From Betaproteobacteria bacterium (GTDB lineage Bacteria; Pseudomonadota; Gammaproteobacteria; Burkholderiales; WYBJ01), in assembly GCA_009377585.1 (NCBI GenBank), contig WHTS01000012.1, positions 4,867-68,866 of the forward strand: DNA of 64,000 nucleotides, given 5' to 3'. Made by a program: the position numbers and the translations under genes. Positions 45,978 through 56,389 of the stretch are shown one piece after another (positions within the stretch are counted from its first letter, which is position 1; every line of letters begins with the position of its first letter). The notes beneath the pieces were generated by a model, which did no database searches, was not told the origin of the DNA, and saw only the letters and a program-made list of their open reading frames with translations.

Positions 45978-47714
45978 TTACCAGGCGAGCGCGTAGGCCT
46001 CGCGGCGCGGGTCCGCGCCCGCGTGCAGCAAGCGAGTGTCCGGATCGCGGCGCACGGCGCACACGGCGCCCGCGAGCCAGACGGCCGCACCCCAACGCTC
46101 GACGTTGTGCCCCAGCCGCTCCAGGTCCGCAAGGCAACTTTCCGGGATGCGGCTTTCCGCGCACAGGCGTCCCGGCAGGTAGGCATGGGGCGCAAACGAA
46201 TTCGGGAAACTGAACGTGCCAAAACGCGGCGCTTCGATCGCCCGCTGCAATGGCATGCCGAGCTCGGTGACGTTCAGGAATGCCTGCAGCATCGCCTGGC
46301 TCTGGATATCGCCGCCCGGCGTACCGAACGCCATGAAGAACTTGCCGTCACGAAGCGCGAGCGCCGGGCTCGGCGTCAGGCGCGGCCGTTTTCCCGGCGT
46401 GACGCAAGCCGGATGATCGGGCTCGAGCCGTGACTGGCTGCCGCGCGAGCTGATCGACAGGCCCATGCCGGGCACCATCGGATTGTCGTAGCTGGTATCG
46501 GACAGCGTGGCCGAGTATGCATTGCCGAAGCGATCCACGGTGCAGGCGTAGCTGGTATCCGCCGGGGCCGGCACCTTGCCGTGTGCGTGGCGCAGCGCCG
46601 CTGTGCGCTGCGCCGACGCACCAGGCGGCAATCCGGGCTGGGGCATCGCACCGAACGCCCGCTCGGGATCGATCCGGCTGCGCTGGCTGCCCGCGTAGTC
46701 GTCGCTGAGCAACCCGGCCACCGGCACGGCGACGAATTTCGGGTCGCCGACGTACGCTTCCCGATCGGCAAAGGCGAGGTTCAGCGCCTCGGCCACCGTG
46801 TGGACGTAGGCGCTGCTGTTGAAGCCCAGCGCAGGAAGATCGATGCCCTCCAGGATCTTCAGCGCTTCGAGCAGGACGATGCCCTGGCACCAGGTATCGC
46901 ACGAATGCACGGTGTAATGCTTGTAGCGACAGGCGATCGGATCCTCGACCGGAACTTCGAAGGAAGCGAGATCGGTACGCGTGAGGAATCCGCCTGCGCG
47001 CGCATGAAACTCGGTGATGTCGGCGGCGATCGGACCGCGATAGAAGCACGCGTGCACCGCGCGCAGCTTCGCATCCCGGTCGCCGCGGCAGGCGCGCTCG
47101 GCTTCGATCAGGCGCCACAGCGTACGAGCGAGGTTCTCCTGGCGCAGAAGGCTTCCCACCGCCGGGGTCTGCCCGTTGGGACGGAAGATGCTGCGGTTCT
47201 CCGGGTAGCGATCGAAGTCGGCCGCGTGCGATTCGATGCCGTAATGCAGGAAGGGATAGAGATAGAAGCCCTGCCGTGCGAGCTCGAACGCGGGGCCGAC
47301 GGCTTGCTCGAACGAGAGCGTTCCCCAACGGCGCAGCGCCTCGATATGCGTGGCGGGCGCGGCCGGCAGCACGGTACGCAGGATGCCTTCGGGAACGGCT
47401 TCGCCGCCTTCGCGACGCAGTCGCTCGACATCGGTGGCTGCGGGCCAATAGCCGAGCCCGGCGAGGCTGACGACGCGCGCTTCGTTTTCCAGGTAGATCA
47501 GCGTCGGCGCCACGCCGGCGAAGCTGACGATGTCCGGTTGCAGCACGGCGAGCGCCATGGCAGCCGTGACGCCGGCATCGATCGCATTGCCGCCTGCGTC
47601 CAGGACGCGTTGCGCGGCGAGGGTAGCGAGATAATGGCCGCTCGCCACGGCGCATTCGCGCCCGGCGAGGGTCGGGCGCCAGCTCAACGCATCGAATGTG
47701 CCGTTACCGGCCAT
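45978..47714 (-). CDS. Gamma-glutamyltransferase-family protein (paralog 1)
   Basis: ATG 47714 after AAGGAGG. GNAIDAGV, autoprocessing region DTSYACTVDRFGNAYSATLS, GTPGGDIQ. Confidence 0.85.
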   Translation of the reverse strand: MAGNGTFDALSWRPTLAGRECAVASGHYLATLAAQRVLDAGGNAIDAGVTAAMALAVLQPDIVSFAGVAPTLIYLENEARVVSLAGLGYWPAATDVERLRREGGEAVPEGILRTVLPAAPATHIEALRRWGTLSFEQAVGPAFELARQGFYLYPFLHYGIESHAADFDRYPENRSIFRPNGQTPAVGSLLRQENLARTLWRLIEAERACRGDRDAKLRAVHACFYRGPIAADITEFHARAGGFLTRTDLASFEVPVEDPIACRYKHYTVHSCDTWCQGIVLLEALKILEGIDLPALGFNSSAYVHTVAEALNLAFADREAYVGDPKFVAVPVAGLLSDDYAGSQRSRIDPERAFGAMPQPGLPPGASAQRTAALRHAHGKVPAPADTSYACTVDRFGNAYSATLSDTSYDNPMVPGMGLSISSRGSQSRLEPDHPACVTPGKRPRLTPSPALALRDGKFFMAFGTPGGDIQSQAMLQAFLNVTELGMPLQRAIEAPRFGTFSFPNSFAPHAYLPGRLCAESRIPESCLADLERLGHNVERWGAAVWLAGAVCAVRRDPDTRLLHAGADPRREAYALAW

Positions 47715-47775
47715 GCGTGTTGCCTCCTTGTGGGCATCGCGGCCGCGAAGCGCGCTCGTCGGCGATGCGCCGCAA

Positions 47776-48234
47776 TCAGCCCGACGCCTGTTCCTTGACA
47801 CTCACCTGGGTCGAAACCGAGTTGGCGATGAAGCAGCCGTGATGCGCTTCGTCGTGCATCCGCCGCAGCATCTCGGCATCGGGCTGGCGCTCGCCGGCAA
47901 ATACGATGCGCGGGCTGAGCTCCGCGCGCGTGATAGCGAGCTTGCTTTGCGCATTCTTCTCCAGATATCCGACCGCGGCGTCCTCGTAGCGATCCACCAC
48001 GAAGCCGTGCTTGGCGGCGACGGCCAGGAAGGTGAGCATGTGGCAGCTCGACAGCGCGGCGACGAATGCATCCTCCGGATCGGGCAGATCGGGGTTGCCC
48101 TTGTACTGCGGCGAGGCCGAAGCGCCGACCGTCACTGCACTCTTGAAGCGCCATTCGTGATCGCGGTTGTAGCTGGCGTAGGTGAAGTCGGCAGACGTTC
48201 GCTGCCAGATCGTCTGTATGCGGTGCTCGGACAT
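47776..48234 (-). CDS. OsmC-family peroxiredoxin-like protein
   Basis: 152 aa. PEDAFVAALSSCHMLTFL and HHGCFIANS are the two OsmC Cys motifs. Confidence 0.82.
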   Translation of the reverse strand: MSEHRIQTIWQRTSADFTYASYNRDHEWRFKSAVTVGASASPQYKGNPDLPDPEDAFVAALSSCHMLTFLAVAAKHGFVVDRYEDAAVGYLEKNAQSKLAITRAELSPRIVFAGERQPDAEMLRRMHDEAHHGCFIANSVSTQVSVKEQASG

Positions 48235-48253
48235 TGCCCTGCTCCGGAAGAAT

Positions 48254-49831
48254 CTAGAAACCGACCGCCTGGCCGTCGGTGCGCCATTCGGATGCGCCGA
48301 CGTAGCCGCCTTCGGTCTTCAGAATGATTTGCGCGCGGCCGAAGTCGGTATCGAAGCGCTCGGCGACCACGACCGAATGGCCCAGACGCTGCAAGGCTTC
48401 GATCGCTTGTTGCGGCATCGCTTCCTCGACATTCACGACCGATCCGTCCACGCGCCAGCGCGGCGCGTCGATCATCGCCTGCGGATTCTGCCCGTGGTCC
48501 ACCCGCCGCAGCGCCATTTGCAGGTGACCCTGCGCCTGCATGTAGCCTCCCATCACGCCGAATCCCATCACGGGCTCGGTGCCCCGCGTCATGAACGCCG
48601 GGATGATGGTATGGAACGGACGCTTGCGCGGGCCCACCTGGTTGACGTGGCCTTCGGTGAGCACGAAGCCGATGCCGCGGTTCTGCATACTGATGCCGGT
48701 TCCTGGAACTACGACTCCGGAGCCGAAGCCCTGGTAGTTCGACTGGATGTACGACACCATCATGCCGGAGGCATCGGCGGTGGTGAGGTACACCGTGCCG
48801 CCGCGCGGCGCACCGAAGGTTGGCGTGCCTGGACACGATCGGTCGATCAGCTTGGCGCGCTGCGCGAGATAGGCCTTGTCGAGCAGCGCAGCTGTGCTCA
48901 CGCGCATGGCTGCAGCATCTGCGACATGCTGTTGCGCATCGGCGAACGCGAGCTTCATCGCTTCGACCTGCAGGTGCAGCGACTGCGCCGATTCGGGCGC
49001 AAGGCTCGCCATGTCGAAATTCTCCAGCATGCCGAGCGCCATCAGGCAGGCTATGCCCCAGCCATTGGGCGGGATCTCGTGCACCTGGTAGCCGCGATAG
49101 TCGATCCCGATCGGCGCCACCCAATCGGCCTGGTGGCTCGCGAGATCCTCCATCGACAATGCGCCGCCGTTTTCCTTCGAATGCGCGACCATGCGCTCGG
49201 CGAGCTCGCCGTGATAGAACGCTTCGCCGCGGCTTTCGGCGATCAGCGCGAGCGTGCGCGCCTGTTCGGGATGGCGGAACAATTCCCCCGCCTGCGGCGC
49301 ACGCCCGCGCGGCATGAACGCCTCGCGAAAGCCCGGTTGATCGGCCAGGTCGGGCGCCTGTCTTGCCCATAGCCGCGCGATGGTCGGGCTCACGAGATAG
49401 CCGTCGGCGGCGTAGCGGATGGCCGGTTGCGCCAGATCCGCGAACGGCAGCTTGCCGAATTTTTCCGATAGCGTGCGCCAGGCGGAAACGCACCCTGGCA
49501 CCGTGACCGAGTCCCAGCCGCGCTTCGGGATCGCGCTCGAGCCCGCGAACCGTTTCGGGCTCCACGCCGCCGGCGAGCGGCCCGATGCGTTCAGGCCATG
49601 CAGTTGCTTGCCGTCCCAGACGAGTGCGAAGGCGTCGGCTCCGATGCCGTTGCTGGTGGGCTCCACCACGGTCAATGTCATCGCGGTAGCCAGCGCGGCA
49701 TCGACCGCGTTGCCGCCCGCAGCCAGTATGCGCAAACCGGCCTGGGCGGCCAGCGGTTGCGAGGTGGCGACGATGTTGGAGGCCAGCACGGGCATGCGCT
49801 GGGACGTATAGGGAAATTGCCACTCGAGCAT
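48254..49831 (-). CDS. ggt: Gamma-glutamyltransferase-family protein (paralog 2)
   Basis: ATG 49831. ATSQPLAAQAG, GGNAVDAA, nucleophile region GGTVYLTTADASGMMVSYIQSNY, GVMGGYMQ. Confidence 0.85.
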   Translation of the reverse strand: MLEWQFPYTSQRMPVLASNIVATSQPLAAQAGLRILAAGGNAVDAALATAMTLTVVEPTSNGIGADAFALVWDGKQLHGLNASGRSPAAWSPKRFAGSSAIPKRGWDSVTVPGCVSAWRTLSEKFGKLPFADLAQPAIRYAADGYLVSPTIARLWARQAPDLADQPGFREAFMPRGRAPQAGELFRHPEQARTLALIAESRGEAFYHGELAERMVAHSKENGGALSMEDLASHQADWVAPIGIDYRGYQVHEIPPNGWGIACLMALGMLENFDMASLAPESAQSLHLQVEAMKLAFADAQQHVADAAAMRVSTAALLDKAYLAQRAKLIDRSCPGTPTFGAPRGGTVYLTTADASGMMVSYIQSNYQGFGSGVVVPGTGISMQNRGIGFVLTEGHVNQVGPRKRPFHTIIPAFMTRGTEPVMGFGVMGGYMQAQGHLQMALRRVDHGQNPQAMIDAPRWRVDGSVVNVEEAMPQQAIEALQRLGHSVVVAERFDTDFGRAQIILKTEGGYVGASEWRTDGQAVGF

Positions 49832-50046
49832 GTGAACCACCGGCCGAAGGAGAGTGCTTCGATGATACACCCGGGGGTCGGGCCGGCGGAACGCGCGGGC
49901 GCGGATGCTAGACTGGCCGCAGCCGGCAGCCGCCAAGTCCCTGACCTGATTGGACGCCGCTGCCGTATGCCGCGCGCTCGAGGCTTTGCACCACGCGCTT
50001 TGCACCACCCAAATTGCGCGCCGATTTCTCCGAAAGGACGAAGGCC

Positions 50047-51654
50047 ATGACGCGACCCGATCCTCTCCTGCGCCCGCCGTTTCGGCATTGGTTGCGCGGG
50101 CTGGCTGCGCTGTGCGCGACCGTGCTGGCTGCGTTGCCCCTGCAGGCGATGGCCCAGACGCTGCGCATCGGCATGGCGGCCGACGTTACGGCGCTCGATC
50201 CGCACTACGCCAACATCGCGCCCAACAATGCCGTCGCCTGGCACGTGTTCGATGCGCTGGCGAACGTCGACGCGGATACGCGTCTCATCCCGGGCCTTGC
50301 CACGTCGTGGCGTGCGCTCGACGACACGAACTGGGAGTTCGTGCTGCGCAAAGGTGTGCGCTTCCACGACGGCTCGCCGTTCGACGCGCGCGATGTCGAG
50401 TTCTCCATCCGGCGCGCGGCCGCCCTGGCCGACAAGGGCGGGCAGTTCGGCGGCTTCGTGCGCGCAATCCGCGAAATCCAGATCGTCGATCCGCACACGA
50501 TCCGCTTCAAGACGGCCAAGCCGCACGCGGTGCTGCCGCAGGATCTGAATTCCATTTTCATCGTCTCGCGCGCCGTGGGGGACGCAGGCACCGAGGATTT
50601 CAATGCCGGGCGTGCGGCCGTCGGCACCGGGCCGTTCCGGCTGGAATCGTTCGCCCGCGGCAACCGCGTGGACCTGGTGCGCAACGATACCTACTGGGGC
50701 GACAAGCCGGCGTGGGCGCGCGTGACGCTGCGCATCCTGTCGCAGGACGCGGCGCGAATGGCGGCGCTGCTCGCCGGTGACGTCGATGCGATCGAGAACA
50801 TCCCGACCAGCGATGTCGCGCGCATCGCCCGCGATCAGCGCCTGCGCATCGAACGCAAGGTCTCGTGGCGCACGATCTTCCTGCATCTCGACCAATACCG
50901 CGACGCTCCCCCTGGCGCTACGGACGCAAACGGCAAGCCGCTCGCACGCAATCCGTTTCGCGACCGGCGCGTGCGCGCGGCGCTGTCGGCCGCGATCGAC
51001 CGCAAGGCGCTGGTCGACAAGGTGATGGAGGGGCTCGCCGTGCCTGCCGGCAACCTGGTGGCGCCGCCCGTGTTCGCGCACGACGCTTCGCTTCGCCCGC
51101 CGCCCTTCGATCCGAAGGCGGCGCGGCAGTTGCTCGCCGAAGCCGGCTATCCCGAAGGCTTTCGCCTGACGCTTTCGACGCCGAACAACCGCTATATCAA
51201 CGACGAGCAGGTGGCGCAGACGGTCGCGCAGATGTGGGCCCGGATCGGCGTGCAAGTTGTGCGGGTCGAGGCGCTGCCGGCCGCAACTTATTTCACCAAG
51301 GCTCGCAACGGCGATTTCGGCGTCGCGCTGCTCGGCTGGGGCTCCTTTGCCGGCGATCTCGCGTTGCGCTCGCTGGTCGCCACGCCTTCAGCGGAGAAAG
51401 GCCTGGGCAGCTGGAACTGGGGCGGCTATTCCGATGCGCAACTCGATCGCGCGGTCGAACAGGCGCTGGGAACGGTCGATCAGGCCAGGCGCGAGGCGCT
51501 CGCCAAGGCCGCCATGGCGATTGCGGTGAAGGATTACGCCGTCATTCTGCTGCATCATCAGGTCGCCACCTGGGCGATGCGCTCGGATTTGCGCTATCCG
51601 GGCCGCACCGACGAATACACGCTCGCGCAATTTTTCTCCGCGCGTCCGAAGTAA
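50047..51654 (+). CDS. ABC transporter substrate-binding protein, family 5 (peptide/glutathione/nickel type), orphan
   Basis: ATG 50047. Signal peptide LAALCATVLAALPLQAMA and the family-5 pattern (DPHYANIAPNNAV, WEFVLRKGVRFHDG, YINDEQVAQ). No permease or ATPase genes are adjacent. Confidence 0.85.
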   Translation: MTRPDPLLRPPFRHWLRGLAALCATVLAALPLQAMAQTLRIGMAADVTALDPHYANIAPNNAVAWHVFDALANVDADTRLIPGLATSWRALDDTNWEFVLRKGVRFHDGSPFDARDVEFSIRRAAALADKGGQFGGFVRAIREIQIVDPHTIRFKTAKPHAVLPQDLNSIFIVSRAVGDAGTEDFNAGRAAVGTGPFRLESFARGNRVDLVRNDTYWGDKPAWARVTLRILSQDAARMAALLAGDVDAIENIPTSDVARIARDQRLRIERKVSWRTIFLHLDQYRDAPPGATDANGKPLARNPFRDRRVRAALSAAIDRKALVDKVMEGLAVPAGNLVAPPVFAHDASLRPPPFDPKAARQLLAEAGYPEGFRLTLSTPNNRYINDEQVAQTVAQMWARIGVQVVRVEALPAATYFTKARNGDFGVALLGWGSFAGDLALRSLVATPSAEKGLGSWNWGGYSDAQLDRAVEQALGTVDQARREALAKAAMAIAVKDYAVILLHHQVATWAMRSDLRYPGRTDEYTLAQFFSARPK

Positions 51655-51713
51655 CGAAGAAGAGGTTGCGACTGCGTTGCGTCTTGCGCGAAGCGCGCTT
51701 TCGCTTGAAGCAC

Positions 51714-51740
51714 GTCATTCCCGCGGAGGCGGGAATCCAG
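51714..51740. repeat. REP hairpin GTCATTCCCGCGGAGGCGGGAATCCAG
   Basis: Second copy of the 44987..45013 element; only the loop differs. Sits between convergent genes. Confidence 0.85.
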
Positions 51741-51746
51741 AAGCGT

Positions 51747-53219
51747 TTACTTCGCCTGGGCCCCCGCTTCCGCGGGGGCGACGGGGGGCGTTTCCCAGCC
51801 GCCGCCCAACGCCTGCAGCAGGGCGGCGATAGCGACCCGATGCGCGCGTAACGCTTCGATGCGGTTCAGCTCGGCGGCCAGGAGATTGCGTTGCGCATCG
51901 AGCAGCTCCAGCTGGCTCGCAAGCCCACCTTCGTAGCGCAGGCGCGCGAGGCGCACGGTTTCGGCGAGCGCGCGCACGCGCGCCTGCTCCGCGTCGAAAC
52001 TTGCACGCGCCTGCGTCTGGCTTGCGAGCGCACTGCGAACGTCGCGGAACGCGGCCTAAATCACGCCCTGGTAAAGCGCGAGCATCTGGCGTTCGCGTGC
52101 ACTGGCGGCTTCGAGCTCGGCATCGAGGCGGCCGCCGGCGAATATCGGCTGCGCCAGCGCAGCCGCCAACTGCCAGATGCCGGCGGGGCCGGAGAACAGA
52201 CCGCCCAGCGCCGCGCTCTCGGTGCCGAGATAGCCGGTCAGCGCGATGGAAGGAAAGTGCGCGACGCGCGCAATGGCGACCCGGGCGTTCGCTGCCGCCA
52301 GCCGCCGCTCCGCCTCGACGATGTCGGGCCGCCGCAGCAACAGCTCAGAAGGAACGCCGGCCGGGACAACCGGGGCGATCAGACCGAGATCGGCGTCGCC
52401 CTGCGCGGCCACCACCTCGGCCATGATGGCTCGCGGCGAGCGCCCGAGCAGGACGGCCAGCGCCGCCTCTTCCCGCTCCCGGCCGCCGATCAGCGGAGGC
52501 AGCTGCGCACGCACGGCGGCAAGCTCCGCTTCCACCTGGCGCAGATCGAGCTCGGCCAATACGCCCGCTTCGACGCGCTTGCGCTGCAGCTCGAGCGCGC
52601 GCTCGCGCACATCGATCGTGCGCTGTGTGGTCGCGATTTGCAGGTCGAGCGCGCGCAGCGTGAAGTACGATTGGGCCACCGATGCCGCGACCGCGATGCG
52701 CACGGTGTCGCGTGCGGCCTGCGCGGCGAGCAGCTCGGCGCGCGCAGCCTCGGTCGCGTTGCGCAGGCGATTCCACAGGTCCAGCTCGTAGGAGGCATTG
52801 AGCGCAAGGCGGTAATTGTTGCGCTCGACCGGGCTGCCCGGCGGCAGGGCCCCCGTGCGCCGCGAAATCCGGCTGCGATCCGCGTCCGCGGTCACATCGA
52901 TTACGGGCCGGCGGTCGGCTTCGGTTACCGCGACCAGCGCACGTGCTTCGTCGACACGTGCCACGGCCGCGGCGATGTCGGTGCTTTGCGCCAGCGCTTC
53001 GTCGACCAGGCGCTCGAGCACCGGATCGCCGTAGACGTTCCACCAGTCGGCCACCGTGATTGCGCGTCCATCGGCCGGAAGCGCCTGCCATGCGGCCGGC
53101 ATCTCGAGTGCCGGCTTCACTGTCTCGGCGGCCTTCGGCAGGCAGCCGGCCAGCACGCACGCGGCCAACGCGACGGCGGCGCTGCGCAGCGGTGCGCGAA
53201 CGTCAATGCGGGCGCACAT
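51747..53219 (-). pseudogene. RND efflux outer-membrane factor lipoprotein (NodT family) interrupted by an in-frame TAG
   Basis: Track ORFs 52056..53219 and 51747..51977 are in the same frame. Translation reads ...RERQMLALYQGVI-TAG-AAFRDVRSALASQTQ... with no indel. Lipobox VLAGC. The combined length of 490 codons is typical of an OMF. Confidence 0.8.
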
Positions 53220-56200
53220 GCGGAAGGTCGGTTGCTTTATGGGCGACGTCGCGCACGTGCGCGACCTCGGCCTTCAGCTCGTCGGTGGAACGCCGTTCGA
53301 CGAGCTTGCGGTCGATCAGCACGCGGAAGAACAACGGCACGAAAAAGATCGCGAGAAACGTGGCCGCGATCATGCCGCCCATCACGCCGGTGCCCGCCGA
53401 GTGGCGCGCGCCCGCACCCGCGCCGGTGCTGATCGCCAACGGCAGCACGCCCAGGATGAACGCAAGCGAGGTCATGAGGATCGGCCGGAAGCGAAGGCGC
53501 GCGGCTTCGATGGCGGCGGCCGACGCGGTCATGCCCTCGTTCTTCTTGTAGATCGCATACTCGACGATCAGGATCGCGTTCTTGGCCGCGAGTCCCAGCA
53601 GCGTCACTAGTCCGATCTGGAAATAGACGTCGTTGGTGAGCCCGCGCAGATGCACGGCGGCCAGCGCGCCGAAGGTGCCGAACGGCATCGCCAGCAGCAC
53701 CGACAGCGGCAGTGACCAGCGCTCGTACTGTGCGGCCAGGATCAGGAACACCATGAATGCGCCCAGGCCGAGCGCGAGCGTCGAGGCGCCGCTTGCGCGC
53801 TTTTCCTGATACGAGGCGCCGCCCCAGTCGTAGCTGAATTCGCTCGGCAGCACTTCGGATGCGATTCGCTCGACCACCTGGATCGCCTGGCCGGAGCTCA
53901 CACCCGGAGCCGCCTGGCCGATCAGCTTCACGGCCGGGCGGTTGTTGAAGCGGTCGAGCGTGTCGGGACCCGCGGTGAAGCGGATGTCGGCGAGCGCGGA
54001 CAGCGGCACCATCTCACCGCGTACCGAGCGCAGGTAAATCTCGCCGATCGCGTCCGGGCGCATGCGGTAGGCGGGCTCGGCCGACATCAACACCTGCCAG
54101 GTGCGCCCGAAGCGGTTGAAGTCGTTGACGTAGTAGCTGCTCATCGTGGCGGCGAGCGTGCTGTACAGGTCGTCCAGCGCAATACCGCGTGCCTTGGCCG
54201 CGGTCCGGTCGAGGTCGACGTACAGCTGCGGCACCGATGCACGCCACAGCGTCTGCACGCCGGCCAGCATCGGCTCGCTGTTGGCCTTGGCAAGGAATTG
54301 CTGCATGACCTGCGCCATGCGATCCGGACCGCCCTCGCCTCGATTCTGAATGTAGAACTCGAAGCCGCCTGCCGTCCCCAGGCCGAAGATGGGCGGCGGC
54401 GCGAACGCCAGCACCAGGGCCTCCTTGATGTGCGCCGTCTTCATGAAGAGCTCGCCCACCAGCTGCGGTGTGGCAATACCCTTGCGCTCGTCCCAGTGCC
54501 TCTGCGTGACGAAGATGGTGGCGGCGTTGTTGCGAAATCCGCCGCCGATGAAGTCGAAGCCGGTGAAGGCGACCGCGTCCTCGTTGGCCGGATTGGATTG
54601 GATGACCTCGAGCACCTCGGCCACCACCTTGTCGGTGCGCTCCAAGGTCGCGCCGTCGGGCAGGATCACGGCCGCGATGTAGAAGCCCTGATCCTCGTCG
54701 GGCACGAGGCTGCCGGGCGTGAGGCGCCACAGCCACGCGGTGATCGCGACCATGCCGGCAAAGAGCAGCAGGCCGACGGCGCCGCGACGGATCATCCAGG
54801 CGACGCCGTTTTCGTAGCGATCCGTCACGCGTCCGAACCAGCGATTGAAGCCGCGGAAGAAGCGGTTGGGCTCGCCGCTGCCGTGCTTGAGCAGCAGCAC
54901 GCACAGCGCCGGGGTGAGCGTGAGCGCCACCAGGCCCGAGATCACCACCGCGATGGAGATCGTCACCGCGAACTGCCGATACAGCTCGCCGGTGAGGCCG
55001 CCGAAGAACGCGATCGGGACGAACACCGCGCACAGCGCCAGCACGATCGCGATCACGGGTCCGGTGACCTCGTGCATCGCCTTGATCGCCGCCTCGCGCA
55101 CCGACAAACCCTCTTCGCGCATGATGCGCTCGACGTTCTCCAGCACGACGATGGCGTCGTCGACCACGATGCCGATGGCGAGGACCATGCCGAACAGCGT
55201 CAGCGTGTTGATCGAGTAACCGAGCGCGAGCAAACCGGCGAAGGTGCCGATCAGCGACACCGGCACAGCGACGATCGGAATGAGCGTCGCGCGCCACTTC
55301 TGCAGGAACAGGAAGACGACCAGGAACACGAGGATCATCGCCTCGCCGAGCGTGAACAGCACCTCGCGGATCGACACCTCGACGAAGCGCGTGGTGTCGT
55401 ACGGGATCGAATAGGCGAGGCCGGCCGGAAAGCGCGTGGAGAGCTCCTGCATGGTATCGCGCACCTTCTGCGCGACTTCGAGCGCATTGGCGCCGGGCAG
55501 CAGGAAGATGCCCATGAGGGTGGCCGGCTGGCCGTTGATGCGGCCGATGAACTCGTAGTCCTTGGATGCGAGCTCCACCCGCGCCACGTCCTTCAACTTC
55601 AAGGTCGAGCCGTCGGGATTGGCGCGCACGATGATCTCTTCGAACTCGCGCGGTTCCGACAGCCGGCCCTTGGTCCTCACGGTGTAGACCAGCTCCTGCG
55701 GCCCGCTGGTCGGCGCGGCGCCGACCTTGCCGACGGCGAACTGGGCGTTCTGCTCGTTCAGCGCGTTGATGAGATCGACCGTGGTGAGCTCGAGCTGCGT
55801 CAGGCGATCGGGCCGCACCCAGATGCGCATGGCGTAGTCCTTGGCGCCGAAAATCTGCACGTTGGTCGTGCCCTGCAGGCGCTTCATCTCGTCCAGCACG
55901 TTGAGCGTGACGTAGTTGCTGGTGTAGAGATCGTCGAAGCGCCCGTCCGGGGAATAAAAGGCGAGCACCTGCAGGAACGAGGACGAACCCTTTTCCACCA
56001 TCACCCCGAGGCGACGTACCTCCAAGGGCAGGCGCGGCTCGGCCTGCTTCACCCGGTTGTTGACGGCGACCGCGGCCTGATCGACGTCGGTGCCGATGTC
56101 GAACGTCACCTGGATCTGCACGACGCCGTTGGAGCCCGAGCTCGAGCTCATGTAGATCATGCGCTCGACGCCGTTGATCTGGTTCTCCAGCGGGGCAGCG

Positions 56201-56385
56201 ACCGTCTGCTCCAGCACCTCGGCCGAAGCGCCGGGATAGGTTGCGGTGACGGTCACCACCGGCGGCGCGATCTCCGGATACTGCGCGATCGGCAGCACGC
56301 GCATGGCGGCGAGCCCGGCCAGCACGATGAACATCGAGAGCACCGCCGCGAAGATCGGGCGATCGATGAAGAAACGCGAGAGCAT
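53203..56385 (-). CDS. RND (HAE1, AcrB/MexB-type) multidrug efflux permease
   Basis: 1060 aa. MLSRFFIDRPIFAAVLS N-terminus, 12-TMS RND architecture. Confidence 0.95.
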   Translation of the reverse strand: MLSRFFIDRPIFAAVLSMFIVLAGLAAMRVLPIAQYPEIAPPVVTVTATYPGASAEVLEQTVAAPLENQINGVERMIYMSSSSGSNGVVQIQVTFDIGTDVDQAAVAVNNRVKQAEPRLPLEVRRLGVMVEKGSSSFLQVLAFYSPDGRFDDLYTSNYVTLNVLDEMKRLQGTTNVQIFGAKDYAMRIWVRPDRLTQLELTTVDLINALNEQNAQFAVGKVGAAPTSGPQELVYTVRTKGRLSEPREFEEIIVRANPDGSTLKLKDVARVELASKDYEFIGRINGQPATLMGIFLLPGANALEVAQKVRDTMQELSTRFPAGLAYSIPYDTTRFVEVSIREVLFTLGEAMILVFLVVFLFLQKWRATLIPIVAVPVSLIGTFAGLLALGYSINTLTLFGMVLAIGIVVDDAIVVLENVERIMREEGLSVREAAIKAMHEVTGPVIAIVLALCAVFVPIAFFGGLTGELYRQFAVTISIAVVISGLVALTLTPALCVLLLKHGSGEPNRFFRGFNRWFGRVTDRYENGVAWMIRRGAVGLLLFAGMVAITAWLWRLTPGSLVPDEDQGFYIAAVILPDGATLERTDKVVAEVLEVIQSNPANEDAVAFTGFDFIGGGFRNNAATIFVTQRHWDERKGIATPQLVGELFMKTAHIKEALVLAFAPPPIFGLGTAGGFEFYIQNRGEGGPDRMAQVMQQFLAKANSEPMLAGVQTLWRASVPQLYVDLDRTAAKARGIALDDLYSTLAATMSSYYVNDFNRFGRTWQVLMSAEPAYRMRPDAIGEIYLRSVRGEMVPLSALADIRFTAGPDTLDRFNNRPAVKLIGQAAPGVSSGQAIQVVERIASEVLPSEFSYDWGGASYQEKRASGASTLALGLGAFMVFLILAAQYERWSLPLSVLLAMPFGTFGALAAVHLRGLTNDVYFQIGLVTLLGLAAKNAILIVEYAIYKKNEGMTASAAAIEAARLRFRPILMTSLAFILGVLPLAISTGAGAGARHSAGTGVMGGMIAATFLAIFFVPLFFRVLIDRKLVERRSTDELKAEVAHVRDVAHKATDLPHVRPH

Positions 56386-56389
56386 GGCG

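Noticed and set aside
52056-52058. TAG as pyrrolysine or programmed read-through
   Set aside because: Pyrrolysine systems are not known in this kind of bacterium, and nothing nearby suggests recoding. A point mutation or base-call error is far more likely.
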